Of a stretch of 57,229 nucleotides of DNA, positions 1-8,547 are shown piece by piece (position 1 is the first letter of the stretch; each line of letters opens with the position of its first letter). The position numbers were made by a program, and so were the translations under genes. Source of the DNA: Bacteroidales bacterium (GTDB taxonomy: Bacteria > Bacteroidota > Bacteroidia > Bacteroidales > ML635J-15); assembly GCA_028686735.1 (NCBI GenBank), contig JAQUBO010000001.1:1-57229 (forward strand). The letters run 5' to 3'. Under the pieces are notes generated by a model that saw only the letters and a list, made by a program, of their open reading frames with translations, had not been told where the DNA came from and searched no databases.

Positions 1-1190
1 TTGTCAACAAACTCACTATAAACAAGGCCATAAACAGTAAATCGCTCACAGAATTCTCTATGCACACTAAGTTTCATTCCGGTTTCTACCCGTGTCTTAT
101 CATAACCAGTTTGGTTGGTGTTTTCAAAAATATGTACTCTGTGATAATTAAAATTTGCCATTCCTACAATTATAGTTTTAGTCCATGGTTCATATTCAAA
201 ACTATATTTATTAAAATAACTTTGAGTATTGCTTTTTGAATCATAGTTAATAAATACTCCTAACGGAGTGTTGTGTGCCAAATAATAATCAAGATTTGTT
301 TTAGAGTAACCGGAGCTTAATTCCGATTTAAATTTGTTTTTATATAATTTCCACTTTCCGCTAATTCTCAACTCAGCGTCTTGCTGATACTCGTCTCTAC
401 CAGTACCTTCATACGACATTATTGGCGGCAAATTTCTGTTTGCCACCTGCCCCCAAATATTAAGAGATATTAAATTGTTTTCACCAAGTCGATAGTAAGT
501 ATTTAGCAAAGCTCCGTTTTTCACATAATCTGCATTTTTCTGGTTTTCGTAATTAAACAGTCCATTTGCATTATTGTAAAACTGGAAATCGTTTTCAGAC
601 TGCTCGTGATACAATCTAAGGTCGAACAGAGTTTTATTTTTACATGCTGTTAATTTCATATAAGATTGATAAGTACCAAAACTACCAACTGTTTGTATCA
701 AATCAGCATTAAAACCTTTTCTCCAATCAGGCTCAGAATTTACAATAACACTTCCGCCAAGAGCTCCGCTTCCTTTTTGCATCGAACTACCACCATGAAA
801 AAGTAAAACTTCATCAATAAAATAAACAGGAATTAAAGAAAAATCGACCTGGCCCAGCATGGGATTATTAATATTTATTCCGTTCCATTCTACCTGAGTG
901 TGCGAAGCTGCTGTACCACGAAATGCGGCTGTTGCAAGTGATCCTTGCCCGTAAGATTTAATAAAAACAGATGTATGTTTCGATAAAAGCTCAGATAAAG
1001 ATGAATTTGCACTTTTACGCACTATAAGAGAATCTATCTTTGTAATATTTAGACCCCTTTCGTTAATGGTACGCTGAGCCTTAACTTCAACCTGATGCAA
1101 AATAAAAGTAGAATCTACTATTCCTTGTCCGTAAACTATTGCTGACAAAAAAATCAAACATAAACAATATGCAGATTTTAGTTTTATCAT
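1..1190 (-). CDS. TonB-dependent outer-membrane receptor, BtuB-like; C-terminal part lies beyond the window edge
   Basis: Not in the ORF track because it runs off the window. Manual translation from ATG 1190..1188 gives MIKLKSAYCLCLIFLSAIVYGQGIVDSTFILHQVEVKAQRTINERGLNITKIDS...SYGQGSLATAAFRGTAASHTQVEWNGI, i.e. a signal peptide plus a plug-type N-terminus. I spot-checked the frame at both ends and near 960, and it is open to position 3. The start overlaps the upstream stop (ATGA at 1187..1190). It is the last gene of the riboswitch-controlled operon. Confidence 0.75.
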   Translation of the reverse strand, partial: MIKLKSAYCLCLIFLSAIVYGQGIVDSTFILHQVEVKAQRTINERGLNITKIDSLIVRKSANSSLSELLSKHTSVFIKSYGQGSLATAAFRGTAASHTQVEWNGININNPMLGQVDFSLIPVYFIDEVLLFHGGSSMQKGSGALGGSVIVNSEPDWRKGFNADLIQTVGSFGTYQSYMKLTACKNKTLFDLRLYHEQSENDFQFYNNANGLFNYENQKNADYVKNGALLNTYYRLGENNLISLNIWGQVANRNLPPIMSYEGTGRDEYQQDAELRISGKWKLYKNKFKSELSSGYSKTNLDYYLAHNTPLGVFINYDSKSNTQSYFNKYSFEYEPWTKTIIVGMANFNYHRVHIFENTNQTGYDKTRVETGMKLSVHREFCERFTVYGLVYSEFVD

Positions 1191-2254
1191 TTTATAATAA
1201 TTTTGCTTGTGTTTTTTTTGCCGTCAGAATTAATTGTGTAAATAAAATATAATCCTGTTTTGAGGTATTGAGGTATTGATATTACACTATTCTCATAATT
1301 AATTTTTCCACTAACCACAGTACTTCCGTGATAATCAACAATTCTAAATTCTGTATCAGGAATTACAGTATTATTAAATGATTTAATATTTAAGACCCCT
1401 CCTGCAGATACAGGATTTGGCCACAAAATAAGATTATTAGGAGTAAGATTTTCTGTAACAATATTATTTTGCAATGAATTTATTACTCCAACAGCATTTA
1501 AGTCAAAACCACCAGTCCAAAATGCAGTAGGCCACGGATCGTTAATTATATTCCCTTGCGAATCATACGAAGAAAATTCTGAATTAATAATTCCGACAAC
1601 ATCAATTATTTTTATATGTGTAATATTATTAATATCTAAGCCTGTACTATCTTTCAAATCTTCTAAGTCAAAAGGGGTTCCGTAATCTGAAATATATTTT
1701 CCAGCAAGATTATGAATATATGTTGGATCTAACTGGTCAAATCCAGCCACTTGAGTTTCGGTTTGTGTTGCACTCACCGAAGGGAATCTCACAAAATTTT
1801 CCCCATCTGAGCTTACCTCCACAAATGCAAGTTCAAGAAAATATTGATATGGTGGGTTGCTTGCTTTTAATCCATTTTCAAATACAGCAAAATCATATCC
1901 ATTACCATTTTTTATCGGAAATGCAAACTCAAGAATTGCAGAACCTCCATCTCCTAAACTTACGGCAGTCATATTTGTTTCAGGATATCCTAATGCAAGA
2001 CTATCATATCCAAAAAACGTAAAATTTGATGTTACACCACTTTGCGTATAAGTTGCTGTAGTATCTACAATATTGATATAGCCACGTTCTACGACACAAT
2101 TAGTTGCCCAAGCTACAATAATCGAGCTATCCTTATGTATTGCAGTTGAGCCAGGTTCTCCTGCAGCTGGTGCATAAATTCCTTGTGCAGATATTGTAAA
2201 AGTACCTGTTAATGATAATAAAACTAATAATGCCAAGAACTTTGTCTTTTTCAT
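1187..2254 (-). CDS. Secreted protein of unknown function with a T9SS type-A C-terminal sorting domain
   Basis: 355 aa. Signal peptide MKKTKFLALLVLLSLTGTFTISAQ. C-terminal tail WPNPVSAGGVLNIK...GLYFIYTINSDGKKNTSKIIIK. The stop overlaps the receptor start. Confidence 0.7.
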   Translation of the reverse strand: MKKTKFLALLVLLSLTGTFTISAQGIYAPAAGEPGSTAIHKDSSIIVAWATNCVVERGYINIVDTTATYTQSGVTSNFTFFGYDSLALGYPETNMTAVSLGDGGSAILEFAFPIKNGNGYDFAVFENGLKASNPPYQYFLELAFVEVSSDGENFVRFPSVSATQTETQVAGFDQLDPTYIHNLAGKYISDYGTPFDLEDLKDSTGLDINNITHIKIIDVVGIINSEFSSYDSQGNIINDPWPTAFWTGGFDLNAVGVINSLQNNIVTENLTPNNLILWPNPVSAGGVLNIKSFNNTVIPDTEFRIVDYHGSTVVSGKINYENSVISIPQYLKTGLYFIYTINSDGKKNTSKIIIK

Positions 2255-2331
2255 AATATTATTAAAATATACTTTGCAAAATAAGAAAAAGAGGCTTGCC
2301 TTTAAGATAAAGACAAGTCCCCCAATATTTT

Positions 2332-3603
2332 TTAATTAATAATTAATCTCTTTACAGTTCGTCCAAAAGAGGTTTCAATACTCATGGTATATATGCCTGA
2401 TTTAAAAGAGCTTACATCAAGCGTTTCAGTATTATTAACAATTTGAGACAAGACTAAACGACCTTCAATGCTATAAATATTAACACTTACTTCTAATTGT
2501 GTTTCAACCATAATGTACGAGCTTGCAGGGTTTGGATAAACAGAAATATTTTCTGTAATATTTTCATCAATATCCACCACCTCATCATAAGCAAACATCA
2601 GATTATCAACACAAAAATAGCCAGGTGTATTCATTCCCCAATCTCCATTATCTGATGAGCTTAAACTAAATAAAAGAGTATCAACTTGACCTAAAGTACC
2701 TAAATCAACATATTGCCATGTTTCAATTATATAATCTTTGTTATTATCTTCAAAACGGTAATCTGCAAGATAATAGTCTATAGTCCCAGTTTCGCTACCC
2801 TGATATTTCCCAGTTATTGTTAACATAAACCAGTCTTCATCATTTCCACTTTCTCCCCCAAACTTCTTAGCAACACCATCTCCATTTTTCATTGATAGGT
2901 AGGCATAGGTAGAATTTGTAACATGAATTCCTTTCATATTATAGTTACCATCATCGGCAAAACTAATCACAGACTCCCCAAAAAGATAGCTAACACCATA
3001 ATTTGCTCCACCTGATGCAAGAGTATCTATTCCTTGCCCAGTATAAGCTGCATATTGATTTAAATATCCAGCAGTTTCAATATCATTAACATTTGAATAA
3101 GCCCAACCACTCCATGAACCCCAATCGCTATTGTAAGAGTTCTCAAAAATGGCCATTCCAGAATTAAAATATCCCGTTTCATCAGAACCGTTCCAAAAAG
3201 AATCCTCTTCAAGTACTAAATCTTCAAAATCTACAATACTAAATTCCCCTTCAATTACAGGAAGTACACCAATCACAATTGTGTCAAGAATGACAGTTTC
3301 TAAATATGTTGCACTAAATATAACTATTGATTGTCCATAAGAAATAAAATCTATTTCTAAATTTGCATCAGTAATAACAGCTACTGCAACATCTTGATTG
3401 GTATTATCAATCATTTGATAACTAACTTCATTTTCTCCTACTTGAAAATTCTCGTTTAAATTAATAACTAAATTTGCATCATTTTCATAAGCCCAAATAT
3501 TTGCGATTGGATTTTCGACCAAATCGGTTTTTACTTGTGCCAATAATACAGAATTCACCAATACTGCACATAATAATAACAATAATTTAACAGTGTTTTT
3601 CAT
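2332..3603 (-). CDS. DUF4465-like surface protein with a T9SS type-A C-terminal sorting domain (candidate corrinoid-binding accessory protein)
   Basis: 423 aa with a signal peptide. The block DFEDL..SFWNGSDETGYFNSG..NSDWGSWSGWAYSNVND..NQYAAYTGQG..GGANYGVSY fits my memory of DUF4465. C-terminal domain VYPNPASSYIMVE...GIYTMSIETSFGRTVKRLIIN. It is the first ORF downstream of the riboswitch. Confidence 0.65.
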   Translation of the reverse strand: MKNTVKLLLLLCAVLVNSVLLAQVKTDLVENPIANIWAYENDANLVINLNENFQVGENEVSYQMIDNTNQDVAVAVITDANLEIDFISYGQSIVIFSATYLETVILDTIVIGVLPVIEGEFSIVDFEDLVLEEDSFWNGSDETGYFNSGMAIFENSYNSDWGSWSGWAYSNVNDIETAGYLNQYAAYTGQGIDTLASGGANYGVSYLFGESVISFADDGNYNMKGIHVTNSTYAYLSMKNGDGVAKKFGGESGNDEDWFMLTITGKYQGSETGTIDYYLADYRFEDNNKDYIIETWQYVDLGTLGQVDTLLFSLSSSDNGDWGMNTPGYFCVDNLMFAYDEVVDIDENITENISVYPNPASSYIMVETQLEVSVNIYSIEGRLVLSQIVNNTETLDVSSFKSGIYTMSIETSFGRTVKRLIIN

Positions 3604-3784
3604 TTTTAATAGATTTAAATTAATAAATTTTACAACATATTTGCTTTGAGTACCTTATTTGATACGTATTATTATCTACACAATAATCTGTTATATTTTT
3701 CACACCAAAATAAGCATACATAATACTACAAGTTTTTGTTATTAATTTGGAACATACGGGGAAGAAAGGTATAACTACTGAATG

Positions 3785-3975
3785 TAATTTATCTCTCGCT
3801 TTTCACCCGAAAGCTACAATATTTTTGAATCGGCAGGTCTTCTGACTTGTTCTAGTTTTATCGCCTTCCCAACCGCCAGTCGGCAGTCAGTGGCAAGAGA
3901 GATAAAACCTTAATAGAACTTACAGCTACGGGGATAGTCCCTGATTTTCACAGGATTCCCTTTTAATCTATAAGA
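3785..3975 (-). promoter_or_regulatory. Cobalamin (B12) riboswitch
   Basis: The minus strand reads GGGAATCCTGTGAAAATCAGGGACTATCCCCGTAGCTGTAAG ... GCCACTG (3894..3888) ... TGGGAAGGCG ... B12 box AGTCAGAAGACCTGCC (3847..3832). All conserved cores are in canonical order. It lies about 180 nt upstream of the 2332..3603 start. Confidence 0.9.
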
Positions 3976-4106
3976 ACCGAATACATTTACAAATTAAGAC
4001 AAAAAAATTGGTATAAAATAATATTATGCGATTATTTTAAAATGTTTTTCAACAATTTTGGATCGGGTAAAGATTATATTGTGATTATTAGCGTATGTGT
4101 GTGTGA

Positions 4107-4419
4107 TTTAACCCGCATTGTTCATGCGATTAGCTTTGTGTAGATACACCTGTGCTGATCCGTCAGCTGACGGAGAAGTAAGGCGCCTAACTTTGCAGTT
4201 ATACAAATGTATTTACTCCCTTTGGTCGTGAGCTAAAGGTTCAATAAGTTAGCAACGCAGTAGATGCACAAAGACAATCGCAAGTAGCACCAAAATTTGG
4301 GTGCATTAATGACTTTTGATAAACAATATAAATGTTTGACAATCTGACATTTACTTACATATTCTACAAAAAGCGGTGAACGGCTTTAGCCCTCACCGAA
4401 GGTAATAATGCGGGTTAAA
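4107..4419. repeat. MITE-like structured intergenic element bounded by 13-bp perfect inverted repeats
   Basis: TTTAACCCGCATT (4107..4119) pairs with AATGCGGGTTAAA (4407..4419). A second nested inverted repeat is TGCGATTAGCTTTGTGTAGAT (4125..4145) against 4262..4282. There is a 14-nt perfect palindrome CCGTCAGCTGACGG at 4160..4173. No ORF is present. Confidence 0.6.
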
Positions 4420-4469
4420 AAATATTGACGTAACTATTGCTATGTCGCAATTTTTCGCCTTGCATATGC

Positions 4470-4508
4470 AAAAAATAATTACAACATCCAATAGGGTGTT
4501 TTGTAATT
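4470..4508 (-). terminator. Intrinsic terminator downstream of the VTC-type operon
   Basis: The minus strand reads ATTACAAAACACCCTATTGGATGTTGTAAT (an imperfect hairpin) followed by TATTTTTT. It lies about 100 nt after the stop at 4612. Confidence 0.5.
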
Positions 4509-4611
4509 TAATTGGTATTAGACTGTAGTGTGCAGTGTTCAATCTCAAGTTTAATCCAAATACTAATTCGTAATTTTATGTACTTAGTTGTTATTGGTTA
4601 CAATCACTTCA

Positions 4612-5274
4612 CTAAAACCTAAACTTATATCCTACTAAAAGCACAAAATCAGTAACAGGATTTTCCTCAAACACTTCTTTTTGTATCATATAACCTAAAT
4701 CGAAAGCATTATATTTATTAAGTGAATATTCAAGACCAATAACAGCTCTAAATTTTTCACAAGGTCTATATTCATCCTCAAAAAATGGGAGATACGCTTC
4801 AAATGACAAATAAGGCTCCCATTTTAAGTACTGATGACTCAGTTTAATTTTAGGTCTTAATGCAAAGTTTGAGTTAGAATCGAAGTCAAAAAAATAAGTG
4901 TTTTTTTGTTGTGTTTGTGCTCTAAGTCTAGCATTCAAATCGAACAATCCCAAATCAAATTCATGAGCATAATCCACATAAAATCGTCGTACTGGATAGT
5001 AAGAATTATCAAGTGCATGATTTAATTTAATACGATAAAAAAAAGAAATTTCATCAGTTTTACTGAAACTATAATTAATCCCAATTTCATTTACAATACT
5101 ACCTAATTCAGTAATATTCTCATCAAATCGTTCACAGTTTGCAAACTCAATAGAAAGTGATTGACTAAAGCGTTTTTCGACACTAATATCTAACCATAAA
5201 CCGGCATCATTTACTTGAGAATAAACAACTGGTGAAAGGGCTAATAGCAATACAACAATAATATTTCTAATCAT
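4612..5274 (-). CDS. Outer-membrane beta-barrel-like protein (possibly DUF2490)
   Basis: The ORF track gives 4612..5304. An internal Met at 5274 yields a clean signal peptide MIRNIIVVLLLALSPVVYSQ and an 8-nt overlap with the upstream gene. The sequence shows an alternating amphipathic pattern and a C-terminal F (GYKFRF). Confidence 0.55.
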   Translation of the reverse strand: MIRNIIVVLLLALSPVVYSQVNDAGLWLDISVEKRFSQSLSIEFANCERFDENITELGSIVNEIGINYSFSKTDEISFFYRIKLNHALDNSYYPVRRFYVDYAHEFDLGLFDLNARLRAQTQQKNTYFFDFDSNSNFALRPKIKLSHQYLKWEPYLSFEAYLPFFEDEYRPCEKFRAVIGLEYSLNKYNAFDLGYMIQKEVFEENPVTDFVLLVGYKFRF

Positions 5275-6052
5275 GATAATATATTTGAATTCGAGCAGAG
5301 TCACGTAAAAAATTTACTCCAGTTACACTTACATCAAAAATATCTAAACCTGTACGTTGTCGTAGATCTTCGATAAGTTTTTCTTTGTTTTCAGGTTTAG
5401 TTAGTTCAGTATTATCATAATCTATTTTTTTTACATTATAACGCTTAAAAAACAATTGGCTATCTAATACAAAAGTAAAGAGTATAATAATTGCGTTGAT
5501 TACAATCGTTTCATAAATTTCAAGATGAATTGCATTTAACAAACCCAGAGCTATAAAAATAAATAAGTAGGTCATATCTTTCATTGAAATTCCAGCAGTA
5601 CGATATCTTAACATTGAAAACACTGCAAAAAGTCCAAATGCCGCTCCCATACTAATTTTGACTTCATTAAGAACATAAGTAAGAAGAAAAATAATGATAT
5701 TAAAAAGTAGGAAAGTAAAAATATATCCTTGCCGTTTGTTATTTGGATAATATATTAAGAAAACGATTAACAAGACTGTAACTAAATTGATGCCCAGATT
5801 AAGAAAGAAATAACCACTAATCTCAACGGTCTCTTTTTTCTTTACTTTTTTAGGTTTATCAATATCATTCTTTATGTTAACTTTAGCATCTTTATTAACT
5901 ATTATCTGCACTGGCAAGGTATCATAAATTGCCTCTTCAAACTTGCTAAACTCTTCTTTAAGCTCACTTGGTTTTTGTGCATTTCCAGTATTGGCAGGCA
6001 ATAGCGGCCCCAAAAGAAAAAACCCCAGCAATAAAATTTTAAATATTTTCAT
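5267..6052 (-). CDS. DUF4956-like integral membrane protein
   Basis: 261 aa with a signal or anchor segment plus about 4 transmembrane segments. The motif FAVFSMLRYRTAGISMKDMTYLFIFIALG fits my recollection of DUF4956. The gene overlaps both neighbours. Confidence 0.6.
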   Translation of the reverse strand: MKIFKILLLGFFLLGPLLPANTGNAQKPSELKEEFSKFEEAIYDTLPVQIIVNKDAKVNIKNDIDKPKKVKKKETVEISGYFFLNLGINLVTVLLIVFLIYYPNNKRQGYIFTFLLFNIIIFLLTYVLNEVKISMGAAFGLFAVFSMLRYRTAGISMKDMTYLFIFIALGLLNAIHLEIYETIVINAIIILFTFVLDSQLFFKRYNVKKIDYDNTELTKPENKEKLIEDLRQRTGLDIFDVSVTGVNFLRDSARIQIYYHD

Positions 6053-6791
6053 TACAAAGTTTATTAATTAATCTAAATTTTTCGTTTATATTATTAGTTT
6101 TCACAGGATATAAAGATGCAATACCTAGGCAATATTTACTTAAAGCAGACTGATATACAAAGTTATCGTTTAAAATTTGACGTGCCTTAGATTTGGCTGT
6201 TTTATCCTGTTTAAGTTCTAATATTACCAGTTTAGGGTATTTTATTTCATTCTCATGGTTTTTATACCTTAAGCCTGTATCAATTGTGAGCCGCTCTGTA
6301 AAAGCCTTATTAACCAAACTTATACGTTCAAATTCAACCCATAATTTATCACTAAATTCTGAGATGTCTTTTTTTAATGTCGATTTTGCAAAATCAAGAC
6401 GTTTGGGAGACAATTCAAAATTTTTATCTGTTAATTTTATTCTAGTTTTTATTGTCTTTTTATGATTGTTCTTTTGTTTTACTTCGAAAAAGTATTTGTC
6501 AGTTTCAACATATTGGCGTGTACGCAATTTGAATCTATTTGCACGTCCAAATTGGTGAGTATAATAGCATATAAAATCATCAGAATCATAATACAAAGTT
6601 CTGTAAGCTAATTTGCGTTTTTTTGATATTTCTAGCACAAAATAGTCTTTTTGCAACTCGATTAATATCTCTGGCAAGCTATTTATGCTAAAAGGGAATT
6701 TAGAATCCATTCTATTCATAAGCTTAACAGCACTCATATCATCAAGAGAAACAGCATCAAACGTATCTAATATTTGGTCTAAGTTTTTCAA
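6039..6791 (-). CDS. VTC-domain (polyphosphate-polymerase-like) protein
   Basis: 250 aa. RMDSKFPF...LAYRTLYYDSDDF..YYTHQFGRANRFKLRTRQYVETDKYFFEVKQK matches the bacterial VTC/CYTH-like tunnel-fold family that usually sits next to DUF4956. Confidence 0.65.
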   Translation of the reverse strand: MKNLDQILDTFDAVSLDDMSAVKLMNRMDSKFPFSINSLPEILIELQKDYFVLEISKKRKLAYRTLYYDSDDFICYYTHQFGRANRFKLRTRQYVETDKYFFEVKQKNNHKKTIKTRIKLTDKNFELSPKRLDFAKSTLKKDISEFSDKLWVEFERISLVNKAFTERLTIDTGLRYKNHENEIKYPKLVILELKQDKTAKSKARQILNDNFVYQSALSKYCLGIASLYPVKTNNINEKFRLINKLCNENI

Positions 6792-7277
6792 TTATCGTAT
6801 TTCGTAAGTATATTTCTTTTCCCATTTAATCTCTCCACTAGGGCGATACTCAATGGCAGTTAGCTTTAATCCGTTATTATCGTAAGTAAATACTTGTTTT
6901 TCAATTTCATTGCCTTTTTCATCTGTTTTTATTATTTCAGTTTCATTACCAAAAGCATCATACTTATAGGTTTTTTTTACAGTTTTTGCTTTGTTTTGGT
7001 TGTATTCAAGTTCTTCGCTAACATTTCCAAAAGTATCGTATTTATATGCTTTTTTGCGTCGAACAACTCCACTCATGTCATATTTTATTTCAGTAATTGT
7101 TTTCCCATCTTTATTAAATTCTTCAAACGTATCGACATAAGTTATTATCAATGTATCAATTGCAATTGTCTTTGTAATTGTCTTTGAACTAATTTTGTTG
7201 TTTCGTACTTTTTTTGCACTTTGAGAATAACAAAACAAAGGTAAAACAACAATTACTATCAAAACTATTTTTTTCAT
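6792..7277 (-). CDS. Small secreted protein with YD-like repeats
   Basis: 161 aa with a signal peptide. Repeated YKYDTFGNVSEELEY / YKYDAFGNETEII / FTYDNNGLKLTAIEY. The stop abuts the VTC gene start (6792/6791). Confidence 0.5.
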   Translation of the reverse strand: MKKIVLIVIVVLPLFCYSQSAKKVRNNKISSKTITKTIAIDTLIITYVDTFEEFNKDGKTITEIKYDMSGVVRRKKAYKYDTFGNVSEELEYNQNKAKTVKKTYKYDAFGNETEIIKTDEKGNEIEKQVFTYDNNGLKLTAIEYRPSGEIKWEKKYTYEIR

Positions 7278-7284
7278 AATTTAA

Positions 7285-7692
7285 TTAATTAAATATTACT
7301 ATTTGTGGAACTAAACACATTCCTTTTGATTGGTTTATTTCAATGTTTTTGATTATTGCAATTTCTCCATTTACTGTTTCCATTGTAGAGTCTTTAGAAT
7401 AAACAAATATTGTATATTTCCCGGGACGTAGATAATTAAATTTGTAATTTCCGAGATAATCTGTTTTTGTTTTATCATCATATCCTATATTATCACCATA
7501 CACAATAAAAACATCTTCCTCCATTGCAGCATATTCTCCTCTATATTCTGTAAAAGTGCTATTGTAATCTTTAACCCAAACCGAACCTGCAATGGTAACA
7601 TTACCTCCTTCTCCAGGTTTTTTTTCGCAGGAAATCAGTGTTATCAAAATCGACAATAATAATATGTTTCTTACAAAACTTTTCATACTCAA
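7285..7692 (-). CDS. Small lipoprotein, carboxypeptidase-regulatory-like beta-sandwich
   Basis: 135 aa. Lipobox LISC. GNYKFNYLRPGKYTIFVYS is typical of CarboxypepD_reg-like folds. It is the first gene of the five-gene operon. Confidence 0.45.
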   Translation of the reverse strand: MSMKSFVRNILLLSILITLISCEKKPGEGGNVTIAGSVWVKDYNSTFTEYRGEYAAMEEDVFIVYGDNIGYDDKTKTDYLGNYKFNYLRPGKYTIFVYSKDSTMETVNGEIAIIKNIEINQSKGMCLVPQIVIFN

Positions 7693-7887
7693 TTATTTAT
7701 TTGCACAAATTTACAAGAATAATTCTTATCAGTACAATAAAAATTAAAAAACATAATATTCCCTACTGTCCAAATGTGTAATTTTTCGCAAAGTTTAACA
7801 AAGAATGTGAATATAAAACATGAAACACACAAGTGGCTTACAAATAGTAAAATCATTTTACTATTTTTGTGTTTTTATAACTGAAAT

Positions 7888-8481
7888 ATGATTGACATTG
7901 ACAATAAAATAGTTCATTTCGACATTCTGGAAAAGAATTTTATTTGTGATTTAAGCAAATGCAAAGGAATATGTTGTGTAGAAGGCGATTCTGGAGCTCC
8001 TTTAGAAGAAAAAGAAGCCGAGATTATAGAGAAACTATTACCAACAATTTACAATCGCCTTACAGCAGAAGGTAAATCTGAAATCGACAAAAAAGGCGTT
8101 TGGATGATTGACATAGAGGGCGATTTGACAACAACAATATTGAAAAATTCTGGTGCTTGCGTTTTTACTCAATACGATGATAAAGGAATTGCTTATTGTG
8201 CTATCGAAAAAGCGTGGGAAGAAGGTTTAGTCGATTTTCGAAAGCCCATTTCATGCCATCTTTATCCTATTAGAATAAAAAAATACAATGATTTTGATGC
8301 GGTGAATTACGATGTTTGGAGTATTTGTAAGGATGCAATAAAACTTGGAGATAAAAAAAATGTCAAAATATATCAATTTTTAAAAGAACCGCTTATCCGA
8401 AAATATGGAGAACAATGGTATGAGGATTTATGCAGTTGTGCCAAATTATTGGAAGAGAATAAGGAAGTCCCAAATAAATAA
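7888..8481 (+). CDS. Cys-rich DUF3109-like protein
   Basis: 197 aa. CDLSKCKGICCVEGDSGAPLEE plus downstream Cys residues. A TATTTTTG -7-type box lies at 7862..7869. Confidence 0.55.
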   Translation: MIDIDNKIVHFDILEKNFICDLSKCKGICCVEGDSGAPLEEKEAEIIEKLLPTIYNRLTAEGKSEIDKKGVWMIDIEGDLTTTILKNSGACVFTQYDDKGIAYCAIEKAWEEGLVDFRKPISCHLYPIRIKKYNDFDAVNYDVWSICKDAIKLGDKKNVKIYQFLKEPLIRKYGEQWYEDLCSCAKLLEENKEVPNK

Positions 8482-8547
8482 ATGTTCAAATTAAAACGAG
8501 TATAAAACTACATTTTTGTTATATTTGCTCAATAAACACATTAACTA

